Source of the DNA: Squalus acanthias
Taxonomy: Eukaryota
Assembly: GCA_030390025.1 (NCBI GenBank)
Contig: CM059432.1
Span: forward strand, 32,366,001-32,430,000
Length of the DNA: 64,000 nucleotides
Reading direction: 5' to 3'
The number at the start of each line of letters is the position of its first letter. Position 1 is the stretch's first letter. The notes beneath the pieces are model-generated. The model worked only from the letters and a program-made list of their open reading frames with translations. It ran no database searches and had not been told where the DNA came from. Positions 26,700 to 38,097 of the stretch are shown here, piece by piece. A program made the position numbers and the translations under genes.

Positions 26700-27430
26700 C
26701 AGACACAGAAATACACACACCAACACAGACACAGGCATACACACGCCAACACAGACACAGGCATACACACACCAACACAGACACAGGCATACACACGCCA
26801 ACACAGACACAGGCATACACACACCAACACAGACACAGGCATACACACGCCAACACAGACACAGGCATACACACGCCAACACAGACACAGGCATACACAC
26901 GCCAACACAGACACAGGCATACACACACCAACACAGACACAGACACACACACGCCAACACAGACACAGGCATACACAGCTGCACACATGGGCAAAAGAGT
27001 ACACAGATACACATGCACACAGACTCACACAGAAACACGCACAGACACAAACTCACAAATATGCACACACACAGATACAGACAGACAGGTACACACAGAC
27101 ACACAAGCACAGATATGCACACGCAGACCAGACAGGCACAGACAGATACATACAGCCACGTAAGCACAGATACGCACACACAGACAGACATAGACAGGAA
27201 CATGCAGATACACAAGCACAGATATGCACACAGATACACATAGATGGACACACATACATGCTGTCAGATACACACAGATAGACATACAGATATACAGAGA
27301 AAGGCGCACATTCACAGACTCAAATGCTCGTAGATGTACACAAAGATACACATAGACATACAGCCACGGATAGGCACATACAGACAGACACTTAGGAACA
27401 TACAAGTACAGGAACACAAACAGACACATG
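26700..27430. repeat. 26-bp minisatellite (about 10 copies, ~26700-26975) followed by degenerate CA-rich simple sequence
   Basis: Unit CAACACAGACACAGGCATACACAC(A/G)C. Confidence 0.92.
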
Positions 27431-27432
27431 CG

Positions 27433-29165
27433 ACAACAACAACCTGCATTTATATAGCACCTGTAACATAGTAAAACATCCCAAGGCACTTCACAAGAGC
27501 GATTATCAAACAAAATTTGACTCCGAGCTACATAAGGAGATATTAGGGCAGATGACCAAAAGCTTGGTCAAAGAGTTAGGTTTTAAGGAGCGTCTTAAAG
27601 GAGGAAAGAGAGGTAGCAAGGCGGAGAGGTTTAGGGAGGGAATTCCAGAACTAGGCAACAGAAGGCACGGCCACCAATGGTGGAGCGATTAAAATCAGGG
27701 ATCATAAGAGGCCAGAATTGGAGGAGCGCAGATATCTCGGAGGGTTGTAAGGCTGGAGGAGATTACAGAGATAGGGCTGGGCAAGGCCATGAAGGGATTT
27801 GAAAACAAGGATGAGAATTTTGAAATCGAGGCGTTGTTTAACTGGGAGCCAATGTAGGTCAGCGAGCACAGGGGTGATGGGTGAACGGGACTTGGTGCGA
27901 GTTAGGACACGGGCGGCAGAGTTTTGGATGAGTTTGAGTTTATAGAGGGTGGAAGATGGGAGGCCGGCCAGGAGTCGTTGGAATAGTCTAGAGGTAACAA
28001 AGGCATGGATGAGGGTTTCAGCAGCAGATGAGCTGAGGCAGGGACGGAGACGGGCGATGTTACGGAGGTGGAAATAGGTGGTCTTATTTATAGCGCAGAT
28101 ATGTGGTCGGAAATTCATCTTGGGGTCAAATATGACACCAGTGTTGCGAACAGTCTGGTTCAGCTTCAACCTCAGCCAGTTGCCAGGGAGAGGGATGGGT
28201 CGGTGGCTAGGGAACGGAGTTTGTGGTGGGGACAGAAGGCAATGACTTTGGTTTTCCTAATATTTTGTTGGAGGAAATTTCTGCTCATCCAGTAATGGAT
28301 GTCGGACAAGCAGTCTGACAATTTAGAGGCAGTGGAGGGGTCGAGAGAAGTGGTGGTGAGGTAGAGCTGGGTGTCGTCAGCGTACATGTGGAACCTGACG
28401 GGTTTTTGGATGATGTCACTGAGGGACAGCATGTAGATGAGAAATAGGAGGGGGCCAATGAGAAATTGGGGGACACCAGAGGTAACGTTGCGGGAGCAGG
28501 AAGAGAAGCCACTGCAGGTGATTCTCTGGCTACGACTGCATAGATAAGAATGGAACCAGGCGTGTGCAGCCCCACCCAGCTGGACGATGGTGGAGAGGCG
28601 TTGGAGGAGGATGGTGTGGTGAACCGTGTCAAAGGCTGCAGACAGGTCGAGAAGGACGAGGAGGGATAGTTTACCATGGCCACAGTCACATAGGATGTCA
28701 TTTGTGACTTTGATAAGAGCCATTTCGGTACTGTGGCAGGGGTGGAAACCTGATTGCAGGGATTCAAACATGGAGTTCCAGGAAAGATAAGCACGGATTT
28801 GGAAGGCGACAACACGTTTAAGGCCTTTGAAGAGAAAAAGTAGGTTGAAGATGGGGCAGTAGTTTGCAAGGATAGAGGGGTCAAGAGTTTTTTGAGGAGA
28901 AGAGTGATAACAGCAGATTTTAAGGGGAGGGGGACAGTACCTGAGTAGAGAGAACCATTAACAACATCATGGGGGCCAGGAAGAGAAGTTGGGTGGTCAG
29001 CAGTTTAGTGGAAATAGGGTCGAGGGAGCAGGAGGTGGGTCTCATGGACAAGATGAGCTCAGAGAGGGCATGAGGGGAGATAGGAGAGAAACTAGAGAAA
29101 GATGCGAGTTCAGGGCTAGGGCAGGGGGGAATTTTAGAGGAAGTTTGGCCCAGTGGGCTAGGGGA
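27433..29165 (-). mobile_element. L2-clade LINE, 5'-truncated RT region
   Basis: QSGF...HSTE, LLDLSAAFDTV, HMYADDTQLY, LHWLPV motifs; tail ...TATATAAATGCAGGTTGTTGTTG; shorter copies at ~3560-3745 (+), ~14135-14520, ~23516-24300, ~52060-52340 (-). Confidence 0.9.
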
Positions 29166-32100
29166 TAGATACTCACATGCATACACACACAGAGAATTAG
29201 TTGAGATAGAAACTGTCGATATTCAATATTAGATTAGATAGGTGGATGAAGATGAAAGGGTTGAAGGGATATGGCAGCAGATTGGGTAAAGGGAGGGTAA
29301 ATGCCAACGTGGACTGGTTGGGCCACATGGCTTCTTTCCGTTGTAACTGCTTTGTATTTCTATGTAATTAGTTTTCACCATTAGCAAAGCCAAAATCTAA
29401 ACAATTTCACCACTGCCCAATCGCTATCCTACATCCTTACAAATGAAAGTCCTAGGGACCTAACCAAATGGGTTAATCAGATTGTCTATATAACAACAGT
29501 CGCTGCATTTCAAAGTAATTCATTGTATTGTCAGGGTAGATGCTAAGAGGTTGTTTCCCCTGGCTGGAGAGTCTAGAACTAGGGGGCATAGTCTCAGGAT
29601 AAGGGGTCGGCCATTTAAGACTGAGATGAGGAGGAATTTCTTTACTCAGAGGGTTGTGAATCTTTGGAATTCTCTGCCCCAAAGGGCTGTGGATGCTGAG
29701 TCGTTGAGTATATTCAAGGCTGAGGTAGATAGATTTTTGGACTTGAGGGGAATCAAGGGATATGGGGATCGGTCGGGAAAGTGGAGTTGAGGTCGAAGAT
29801 CTTATTAAATGGCGGTGCAGACTCGAAGGGCTGTGTGGCCTACTCCTGCTCCTAATTCTTACGTTCTTATGTAAGCAAAGCACTTTGGGATGTTTTCAAC
29901 GGACGTGATGAAACCATAAGAAATTTCAAGTCTTTCTTTTTTGACGTCTGAGAGGAGTAAATACAAAATTAGGGCAGCAAAGTATCTTTTTTACTTTTTC
30001 TGTTCCAATATTCTGTCCTTCAGACACTAACCCTTGCTAGAGTAAGTTTTCCTCTGTTCTCTTAGGTGTTAGTAACATCATAGAATCTTACAGCACAAAA
30101 GGAGTCCATTCAGCTCATCGTGCCTGTGCCGGCTTTTTGAAAGAGATATCCAATTAGTCCCACTCCGCTGCTCTTTCCCCATAGCCCTGAAGCCTGTCTG
30201 TGTGTATATATCTGTGCTTGTATGTAACTGTGTGTTGTTGTGTACATATTTATGTGTTTGAGACTGTGCGCACGTCTGTGTTTACGTCTGCGTGTATGTG
30301 TACCTGTGAACATCTGTGAATGTGTGTACAGCTGTGTATGCCTGTATCTGTGCACAAAATCTAGGCTGACACTCCAAAACAGTACTGAGGGAGTGCTGCA
30401 CTGTCGGAGGTGCCGTCTTTCGATGAGACAGTAAACCGAGGCTCCGTCTGCTGGAAGTAAACGATTCCATGGCACTATTGGAAGAAGAGCAGTGGAGTTC
30501 TCCCCAGTGTTCTGGCCAATATTTATCCCTTAACCAACATCACAAAGACAGATTACCATTATTTCATTCCTGTTTTTGGGAGCTTGCTGTGCACAAATTG
30601 GCCGTCGCGTTTTCTACATTACAACATTACTGCACTTCAAAAGTACTTCATTGGCTTTGGGGCATCCTGAGGTCATGAAAGACGCTATATAAATGCAACT
30701 TTTTGTTCTTTTTAAATATGTCTTGTTCGGATGGATTACTATGTGTTAAAGAGGATACAAGGCTTTATATCTGTGCTCTGAGCGTCCCCAGGTGGACAAA
30801 CTTTAATTGACATGCAAGTCTAGTGCAATCGAGTAAATTCTATTTGCGGTTTTATTCCCATATGTCTTGAAGGCAATAAATTAATGGAGTGAATGGTTCT
30901 GTCAGCACCGGCTGATGTCCTCCATTATGTCACCTCATAGTAGAGAAAAAGGCAATGAATAGCACTACCCAAATGTACACGTGTAAGAAAGAACTTGCAT
31001 GTATATAGCGCCTTTCATGATCTCAGGACGTCCCAAAGCACTTGACAGCCCATGAAGTACTTTCAACATAGGGAAATGCGGCAGCCAATTTGCACACAGC
31101 AAGGTCCCACCAACAGCAAAGAAATAATAATTCTATAATATGTTCTAGTGAAGTTGGTTGAGGGATAAATATTGGCAAGTACATTGGGCGAACTCCTCTG
31201 CTCTTCTTAAAATAGTAACATCGGATCTTTTATGTCTACCTGAGAGGGCAGACAGGGTCTCAGTTTAACGTCTCATCAGAAAGATGGCACTTCCCACTGG
31301 AGTGCCAGCCTTGGTTACATGCTCACGTCTGTGGAGTGAGGCTTGAACCCACATCCTTCTGACTCAGAAGCGAAAGTGCAACCACTCAGCTAATGCTAAA
31401 ATCCTCACTATATGCATCATGATTACAACACGATTGAGTTCCCGACTGATGCCCCCCCAAAAAAAACCCGATTACCTAAAATGGTAACACCATGGTAGGA
31501 GCACCATTAGTACAAGGACTACAGTGGTTCAAGGAAAAGGCCCATCGCCATCTACTCAGGGCAACTAGGGATGAGCAACAAATGCAGCCTTGCCAGAGAA
31601 CAACAAAAAGGTAAGGAAGTGGAGGCAAAAGCCCCAGAGCCATTTAAGAGGTAGGGGGACACTCTGTTGGAGATGATCGTAAGTTTGAATATACTTGGGA
31701 ATGGGGCAGATAGATTGCAGATGAAATTAAATGTAGAGAAATGTAAAGTGTTACACATGGGGACAAAAAAAAATCCATGAAGGGACTATTACTTAAATGG
31801 AAACAAACTAATGTGCATGGAAAATGAAACTGTGGAAACATTATTTCAGTGAACAAGTGGTAAACCTATGGGCGAAGCTTTCTAGGGAGATGGTGGAAGC
31901 AGTTAGTATTGATTCATGCAAATGTAAATTAGATAGATTTAGTTCAGAATATAACATTTTGCGATACAGTGCATGAGTAATTTGAGACATGACATGTGGA
32001 AAGTGTAGCATACTTAGAAAGAACAGGTGACTTTGGACCTATGATTCCCAAAGCTCTCCACCACTAGGGTTTACCTCTTATATCTGGGTCTGCTGTAGAC

Positions 32101-32404
32101 TAATTGATAGAGGTTAATTGCTATGATTAGTCAACAACTTCATTATCATTGTATCATGTGACTGTCAGGATGGTAGCAAGCGAACTAGATAGACCTTGGA
32201 AATAACAACAGAAAACGCTGGAAAAACTCAGCAGGCCAGGCAGCATCCGTGGAGTAGAGGTAGAGGGAATTTAAAAGGTAGGTTCGATTTTATATTTTGT
32301 TTTCAGGGACTTAACTCCTGGACCTAAGTTAAATAAGTTTAAATTTTAGTAATAAAGTAACATAAGGGTTAAGTCTCGGACCCGTTTCATGCTCCTCCTG
32401 TGCC

Positions 32405-33307
32405 ATGTGGGAAACCAGGGACACTTGCAGTGTCCCTGACAACTACGTGTGCGGGAAGTGTGTCCAGCTGCAGCTCCTGACAGCCCGCATGGCGGTGCTG
32501 GAGCTGCGGGTGGACTCACTCTGGAGCATGCACGATGCCGAGAACTCGGTGAATCGCTCATTTAGTGAGTTGTCCACACCGCAGGTAAAGGCTAGGACAG
32601 ACAGTGAATGGGTGACCAAGAAGCAGGGCAATATCAGGAAGGTAGTGCAGGAGTCCCCTGTGGTCATCTCCCTCCAAAACAGGTATGCCGCTTTGGATAC
32701 TGTTGGGGGAGATGGCCTACCAGGGGAAGGCACTAGCAGCCAGGTTCATGGCACCATGGCTGGCTCTGCTGCACAGCAGGGCGGGAAAAAGAGTGGTAGG
32801 GCTATAGTGATAGGGGACTCAATTGTAAGGGGAATAGACAGGAGTTTCTGTGGCCGCAACCGAGATTCCAGGATGGTATGTTGCCTCCCTGGTGCAAGGG
32901 TCAAGGATGTCTCGGAGCGGCTGCAGAACATTCTGAAGAGGGAGGGTGAACAGCCAGCTGTCGTGGTGCATGTAGGTACCAACGATATAGGTAAAAAGCG
33001 GGAAGAGGTCCTACAAGCAGAATTTAGGGAGCTAGGAGCTAAATTAAAAAGTAGGACCTCTAAGGTAGTAATCTCTGGATTGCTACCAGGGCCACGTGCT
33101 AATCAGAATAGAGAGAACAGGATAGTGAGATTGAATACATGGCTTGAGCAGTGGTGCAGGAGGGAGGGATTCAAATTCCTGAGGCATTGGAACCAGTTCT
33201 GGGGGAAGTGGGACCTGTACAAAAGGGACGGTCTGCACTTGGGCAGGACTGGAACCGATGTCCTCGGGGTAATATTTGCTAAAGCAGTTCGGGAGGATTT
33301 AAACTAA
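32405..33307 (+). CDS. CR1 ORF1p: Cys-rich zinc-finger/coiled region plus SGNH/GDSL esterase domain
   Basis: VIGDSIVR, VHVGTND and DGLHL esterase blocks; CxxC motifs. Confidence 0.9.
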   Translation: MWETRDTCSVPDNYVCGKCVQLQLLTARMAVLELRVDSLWSMHDAENSVNRSFSELSTPQVKARTDSEWVTKKQGNIRKVVQESPVVISLQNRYAALDTVGGDGLPGEGTSSQVHGTMAGSAAQQGGKKSGRAIVIGDSIVRGIDRSFCGRNRDSRMVCCLPGARVKDVSERLQNILKREGEQPAVVVHVGTNDIGKKREEVLQAEFRELGAKLKSRTSKVVISGLLPGPRANQNRENRIVRLNTWLEQWCRREGFKFLRHWNQFWGKWDLYKRDGLHLGRTGTDVLGVIFAKAVREDLN

Positions 33308-33354
33308 TATGGCAGGGGAATGGGAACCTATGTAGCGAAACAGGGGGAAGTAAT

Positions 33355-36288
33355 ATGCAGTCAGAAACAAATGTTAGGGTGAGAAACAATAAGGGAAATC
33401 CGAGTAAACAAAGGCAAGAAACACAAAGGGCCATACTAAATCATAAGTCTAAAAGGACAAAGGATGTTAATGAAACAAGCCTAAAGGCTCTGTCTCTTAA
33501 TGCAAGGAGTATCCGTAATAAGGTGGATGAATTGACTGTGCAAATAGATGTTAACGGATACGATGTGATTAGGATTACAGAGACGTGGCTCCAGAACAAT
33601 CAAGGCTGGGAACTGAACATCCAGGGGTATTCAACATTCAGAAAGGATAGAATAAAAGGAAAAGGGGGTGGGGTAGCATTGCTGGTTAAAGAGGAGATTA
33701 ATGCAATAGCTAGGAAGGACATCAGCTTGGAGGATGTGGAATCAATATGGGTTGAGCTGCAGAACACCAAAGGGCAGAAAACGTTAGTGGGAGTTGTGTA
33801 CAGACCTCCAAACAGCAGTAGTGAGGTGGGGGAGGGTATGAAACAGGAAATCAGAGGTGCGTGCAAAAAAGGCACGGCAGTTATCATGGGTGACTTTAAT
33901 ATGCATATAGATTGGGCTACTCAAACTGGAAGCAATACGGTGGAGGAGGATTTCCTGGAGTGTTTAAGGGATGGTTTCCTAAACCAATATGTTGAGGAAC
34001 CAACTCGAGGGGAGGCCATCCTGGACTGGGTGTTGTGTAATGAGGAGGGACTAATCAGCAATCTTGTGGTACGAGGCCCCCTGGGGAAGAGTGACCATAG
34101 TATGGTGGAGTTCTACATTAGGATGGAGAAGGAAACAGTTAAGTCAGAGACCATGGTCCAGAACTTAAATAAGGGCAACTTTGAGGGTATGAGGCGTGAA
34201 TTGGCGAGGTTAAATTGGCAAGCGATATTTAAGGGGCTATCAGTGGAAGGGCAATGGCAGACATTTAGAGATCGCATGGATGAACTACAACAATTGTACA
34301 TCCCGGTCTGGCGTAAAAATAAAAAAGGGAAGGTGGCTCAACCATGGCTAACAAGGGAAATCAGGGATAATATTAAAACCAAGGAAGTTGCATACAAATT
34401 GGCCAGAAGTAGCAGCAAACCCGGGGACTGGGAGAACTTCAAAACTCAGCAGAGGAGGACGAAGGGTTTGATTAGGGCAGGGAAAATAAAATATGAAAGG
34501 AAGCTTGCAGAGAACATTAAAATGGACTGCAAAAGCTTCTATAAATATGTAAAAAGAAAGAGGTTAGTAAAAACAAACGTAGGTCCCCTGCAGTCGGAAA
34601 CAGGGGAAGTCGTAATGGGGAACAAGGAAATGGCAGATCAATTGAACAAGTACTTTGGTTCGGTGTTTACTGTGGAGGACACACACAACCTGCCGGAAAT
34701 AAAAGGGGTCAGAGGATCTGGTAAGAGGGAGGAGCTGAGGGAAATCCTTATTAGTCGGGAAAAGGTATTGGGGAAATTGATGGGACTGAAGGCTGAAAAA
34801 TCCCCGGGGCCTGATGGTCTGCATCCCAGAGTACTTAAGGAGGTGGCCTTGGAAATAGTGGATGCATTGACGATCATTTTCCAACATTCCTTAGACTCTG
34901 GATCAGTTCCGATGGAGTGGAGGGTGGCCAATGTAACCCCTCTTTTTAAAAAAGGAGGGAGGGAGAAAGCAGGGAATTATAGACCGGTCAGCCTGACATC
35001 GGTCGTGGGTAAAATGATGGAAGCAATTATTAAAGATGTCATAACAGACCATTTGGAAAGTGGCGACATGATAGGTCCAAGTCAGCATGGATTTGTGAAA
35101 GGGAAATCATGCTTGACAAATCTTCTGGAATTTTTTGAGGATGTTTCCAATAGGGTGGACAGGGGGGAACCAGTAGATGTGGTGTATTTGGACTTTCAGA
35201 AGGCCTTCAACAAGGTCCCACACAAGAGATTGGTGAGCAAAGTTAAAGCACATGGGATTGGGGGTAATGTGTTGACGTGGATTGAGAACTGGTTGGCACA
35301 CAGGAAACAAAGAGTAGGAGTAAATGGGTACTTTTCAGAATGGCAGGCAGTGACCAGCGGGGTACCGCAGGGTTCGGTGCTGGGACCCCAGCTGTTTACA
35401 TTATATATTAATGATTTGGACGAAGGGATTAAATGTAATATCTCCAAATTTGCGGATGACACTAAATTGGGAGGCAGTGTGAACAATGAGGAGGATGCTA
35501 GGAGGCTACAGAGTGACTTGGACAGGTTGGGTGAATGGGCAAATGTATGGCAGATGAAGTACAATGTGGATAAATGTGAGGTTATCCACTTTGGTGGTAA
35601 AAATAGAGAGGCGGACTATTACCTGAATGGTGGCAGATTAGGGAAAGGGGACGTGCAACGAGACCTGGGCGTCATGGTACATCAGTCACTGAAGGTGGGA
35701 ATGCAAGTGCAGCAGGCAGTCAAGAAAGCAAATGGAATGATGGCCTTCATAGCAAGGGGATTTGAGTACAGGAGTAGGGAGGTGATGCTACAGTTGTACA
35801 GGGCCTTGGTGAGGCCACACCTGGAGTATTGTGCGCAGTTTTGGTCTCCTAACTTAAGGAAGGACATTCTTGCTATTGAGGGAGTGCAGCGAAGGTTCAC
35901 TAGATTGATTCCTGGGATGGCCGGACTGACATATCAAGAAAGATTGGGTCAACTGAACTTGTATCCTCTGGAGTTCAGAAGAATGAGGGGGGATCTTATA
36001 GAGACATTTAAAATCCTGACTGGTTTAGACAAATTAGATGCGGGCAGAATGTTCCCAATGTTAGGGAAAACTAGAACCAGGGGTCACAGTCTAAGGATTA
36101 AGGGGAAGCCATTTAGGACTGAGCTGAGGAGGAACTTCTTCACCCAGAGAGTGGTGAATCTATGGAATTCTCTTCCACAGAAGGTTGTTGAGGCCAGTTC
36201 GCTAAATATATTCAAAAGGGAGTTAGATATAACACTCACAACTAAGGGGATCAAGGGGTATGGCGAGAAAGCAGGAATGGGGTACTGA
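33355..36288 (+). CDS. CR1 ORF2p: APE endonuclease + reverse transcriptase (977 aa)
   Basis: NARSI, ITETW, GDFN, SDH endonuclease motifs; YRPVSL, GVPQGSVLGP, KFADDTK RT motifs; uninterrupted ORF. Confidence 0.96.
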   Translation: MQSETNVRVRNNKGNPSKQRQETQRAILNHKSKRTKDVNETSLKALSLNARSIRNKVDELTVQIDVNGYDVIRITETWLQNNQGWELNIQGYSTFRKDRIKGKGGGVALLVKEEINAIARKDISLEDVESIWVELQNTKGQKTLVGVVYRPPNSSSEVGEGMKQEIRGACKKGTAVIMGDFNMHIDWATQTGSNTVEEDFLECLRDGFLNQYVEEPTRGEAILDWVLCNEEGLISNLVVRGPLGKSDHSMVEFYIRMEKETVKSETMVQNLNKGNFEGMRRELARLNWQAIFKGLSVEGQWQTFRDRMDELQQLYIPVWRKNKKGKVAQPWLTREIRDNIKTKEVAYKLARSSSKPGDWENFKTQQRRTKGLIRAGKIKYERKLAENIKMDCKSFYKYVKRKRLVKTNVGPLQSETGEVVMGNKEMADQLNKYFGSVFTVEDTHNLPEIKGVRGSGKREELREILISREKVLGKLMGLKAEKSPGPDGLHPRVLKEVALEIVDALTIIFQHSLDSGSVPMEWRVANVTPLFKKGGREKAGNYRPVSLTSVVGKMMEAIIKDVITDHLESGDMIGPSQHGFVKGKSCLTNLLEFFEDVSNRVDRGEPVDVVYLDFQKAFNKVPHKRLVSKVKAHGIGGNVLTWIENWLAHRKQRVGVNGYFSEWQAVTSGVPQGSVLGPQLFTLYINDLDEGIKCNISKFADDTKLGGSVNNEEDARRLQSDLDRLGEWANVWQMKYNVDKCEVIHFGGKNREADYYLNGGRLGKGDVQRDLGVMVHQSLKVGMQVQQAVKKANGMMAFIARGFEYRSREVMLQLYRALVRPHLEYCAQFWSPNLRKDILAIEGVQRRFTRLIPGMAGLTYQERLGQLNLYPLEFRRMRGDLIETFKILTGLDKLDAGRMFPMLGKTRTRGHSLRIKGKPFRTELRRNFFTQRVVNLWNSLPQKVVEASSLNIFKRELDITLTTKGIKGYGEKAGMGY

Positions 36289-36401
36289 GGTAGCATGTTC
36301 AGCCATGAACGCATTGAATGGCGGTGCAGGCTCGAAGGACCGAATGGTCTACTCCTGTACCTATTTTCTATGTTTCTATGTTTTCTATGAGAGAGAAACA
36401 G

Positions 36402-36438
36402 AGTTAACGTTTCAGGTCAAAGACCTTTCGTCAGAACT
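36402..36438 (-). ncRNA. Minimal type I hammerhead-ribozyme-like motif in Penelope terminal repeat
   Basis: Minus strand reads AGTT-CTGACGA-A-AGGTC ttt GACCT-GAAA-CGT-T-AACT: stem I AGTT/AACT, CUGANGA core, stem II, GAAA, palindromic ACGT stem III. Confidence 0.7.
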
Positions 36439-37034
36439 GGAAAAAAGCAGGAAATGAAATAGATTTTAAAGCAAGTACAGTATAATGCTGGGAAAAGGGG
36501 GAGGGGATGAAAGAACAAAAGGGAAGGTCAGTGGTAGGATAGAAAGCAGGAGAGATTAAGAGACATTGAGAGACATTAAGAGATATTCAAGGCAAGAGGA
36601 GGTGGTAATGTGACAGGTTGAGGAACAAAGGATGGCTCTAGATGAAGTGTGAAATGCGCTGGCAGAATGAAGGACAGCTGCCAGCTACATAGAGTTCAAC
36701 AATTTCAGATCATAACCCCAGCCCCCATCACATATATACCTATTTTTTTTTATCCACCCTTTTGTTTGGCGCTTTTTTTTTCTTCCCTCCCAGAAGCTGG
36801 CAGCTGTCCTTCATTCTGCCAGTGCATTTCACACTTCATCTAGAGCCATCCTTTGTTCCTCAACCTGTCACATTACCACCTCCTCTTGCCTTGAATATCT
36901 CTTAATGTCTCAATGTCTCTAATCTCTCCTGCTTTCTATCCTATCACTGACCTTCCCTTTTGTTCTTTCATCCCCTCCCCCTTTTCCCAGCATTATACTT
37001 GCTTTAAAATCTATTTAATTTCCTGCTTTTTTCC

Positions 37035-37071
37035 AGTTCTGACGAAAGGTCTTCGACCTGAAACGATAACT
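37035..37071 (+). ncRNA. Hammerhead-like motif (variant, GAAACGAT)
   Basis: AGTT CTGACGA A AGGTC ttc GACCT GAAA CGAT AACT. Confidence 0.55.
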
Positions 37072-37429
37072 CTGTTTCTCTCTCCACGGATGCTGCCTGG
37101 CCTGCTGAGTTTTTCCAGCGTTTTCTGTTGTTATTTCGGATTTCCAGCATCCGCAGTATTTTGCTATCGTAGATAGACCTTGGTCTTTTTTTGTCTAGTA
37201 ATTCCTATGTTCCTAGGAAGAATGAGGTAGTTGGGCCAAATGTCTCTTATCTGAGTTTTCATTCTGTGCATATGATGTAGTCATTATATTACTGTGACCC
37301 AAGAAAGCAGATACACTCTACACAATTCAAAAATTTTTTGAAACAAGTGGACGCTTCAAGTCTAGTAGCGCCATCAGCTGGTACAGAGTAACACTGCAAC
37401 TGTTTTCCATTCATCCAATTTTATCAGAT

Positions 37430-37535
37430 CATCTTCCTGTTCTGATGAAAGGTCATCGACCTGAAGCATTAACTATGTTTCTCTTTCCACAGATGCTGCC
37501 TGACCTGCTGACTGTTTCCAGCATTTACTGTTTTT
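37430..37535 (+). mobile_element. Short Penelope terminal fragment with degenerate hammerhead core (GAAG instead of GAAA)
   Basis: CTGATGAAAGGTCATCGACCTGAAG...GATGCTGCCTGACCTGCTGA, same as other Penelope tails here. Confidence 0.7.
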
Positions 37536-38097
37536 CTCCTCGGTAATCTTTGCTCATTGATTCAACTTCAAAGGCCATGAAAGTCTGGGGGGAACAAATT
37601 CGGTACCTTAGCGCCTCCCCGTAGCGCCAGCAGATGGTGCTAACGGGGCACTAGAGCATTATTGACGGGGCGAGGTGAATCCAGCGCTGCACGCCAAATC
37701 CCGCACCCCCCCCCCCCCGCCGCACCGCCGCTAGCAGTTAGTGCCGGGAGCCTCAACGCCAGGTGGATCGTGACGTCCGTGAGTGTGCAACATCCATGGC
37801 CCGCCCGATCTACAAAATTGATTGTCGCCACCTACCTTAGCGCCTGGAGGAAACAACGACAGGGAGAACTGGTGTTGAGCAGCAGGAAGCCGGCCCCAGG
37901 GACACTATTTAAAGGGATCATCAGTAATCAGTCGCAGCTGTAGGTTAGTGGAGTTTCAGTGCTTTCTTGTCAGTTTCACATAGTGCAACAGTGTCATTCT
38001 GTGATTTCAAGGTTATTTAGTATCAGGAGTGTTGTGGCAACTAAAAAGTAGCTACATTTATTCTTAAAAAATCAAACTGCTGCACTTGGTTACATTA

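Larger units (their letters stand above)
32255..36389 (+). mobile_element. Near-intact full-length CR1 LINE (ORF1 + ORF2 + (TTCTATG)n-type tail)
   Basis: Two consecutive long ORFs and a CR1 3' tail; interrupts a Penelope-like terminal sequence at ...CCGTGGAG|AGAGAAACAG. Confidence 0.95.
32200..37169. mobile_element. Inverted (palindromic) Penelope-like element terminal fragment with 14-bp TSD, hosting the CR1
   Basis: TAGATAGACCTTGG at 32186-32199 and 37170-37183; 32200-32254 plus 36390-~36680 is the reverse complement of ~36795-37135; 36692-36715 encodes the end of the Penelope ORF (IEFNNFRS*). Confidence 0.85.

Noticed and set aside
26593..27513. Long Cys/Val-rich and His/Thr-rich ORFs
   Set aside because: Translations of the CA/TG minisatellite and simple repeat, not genes
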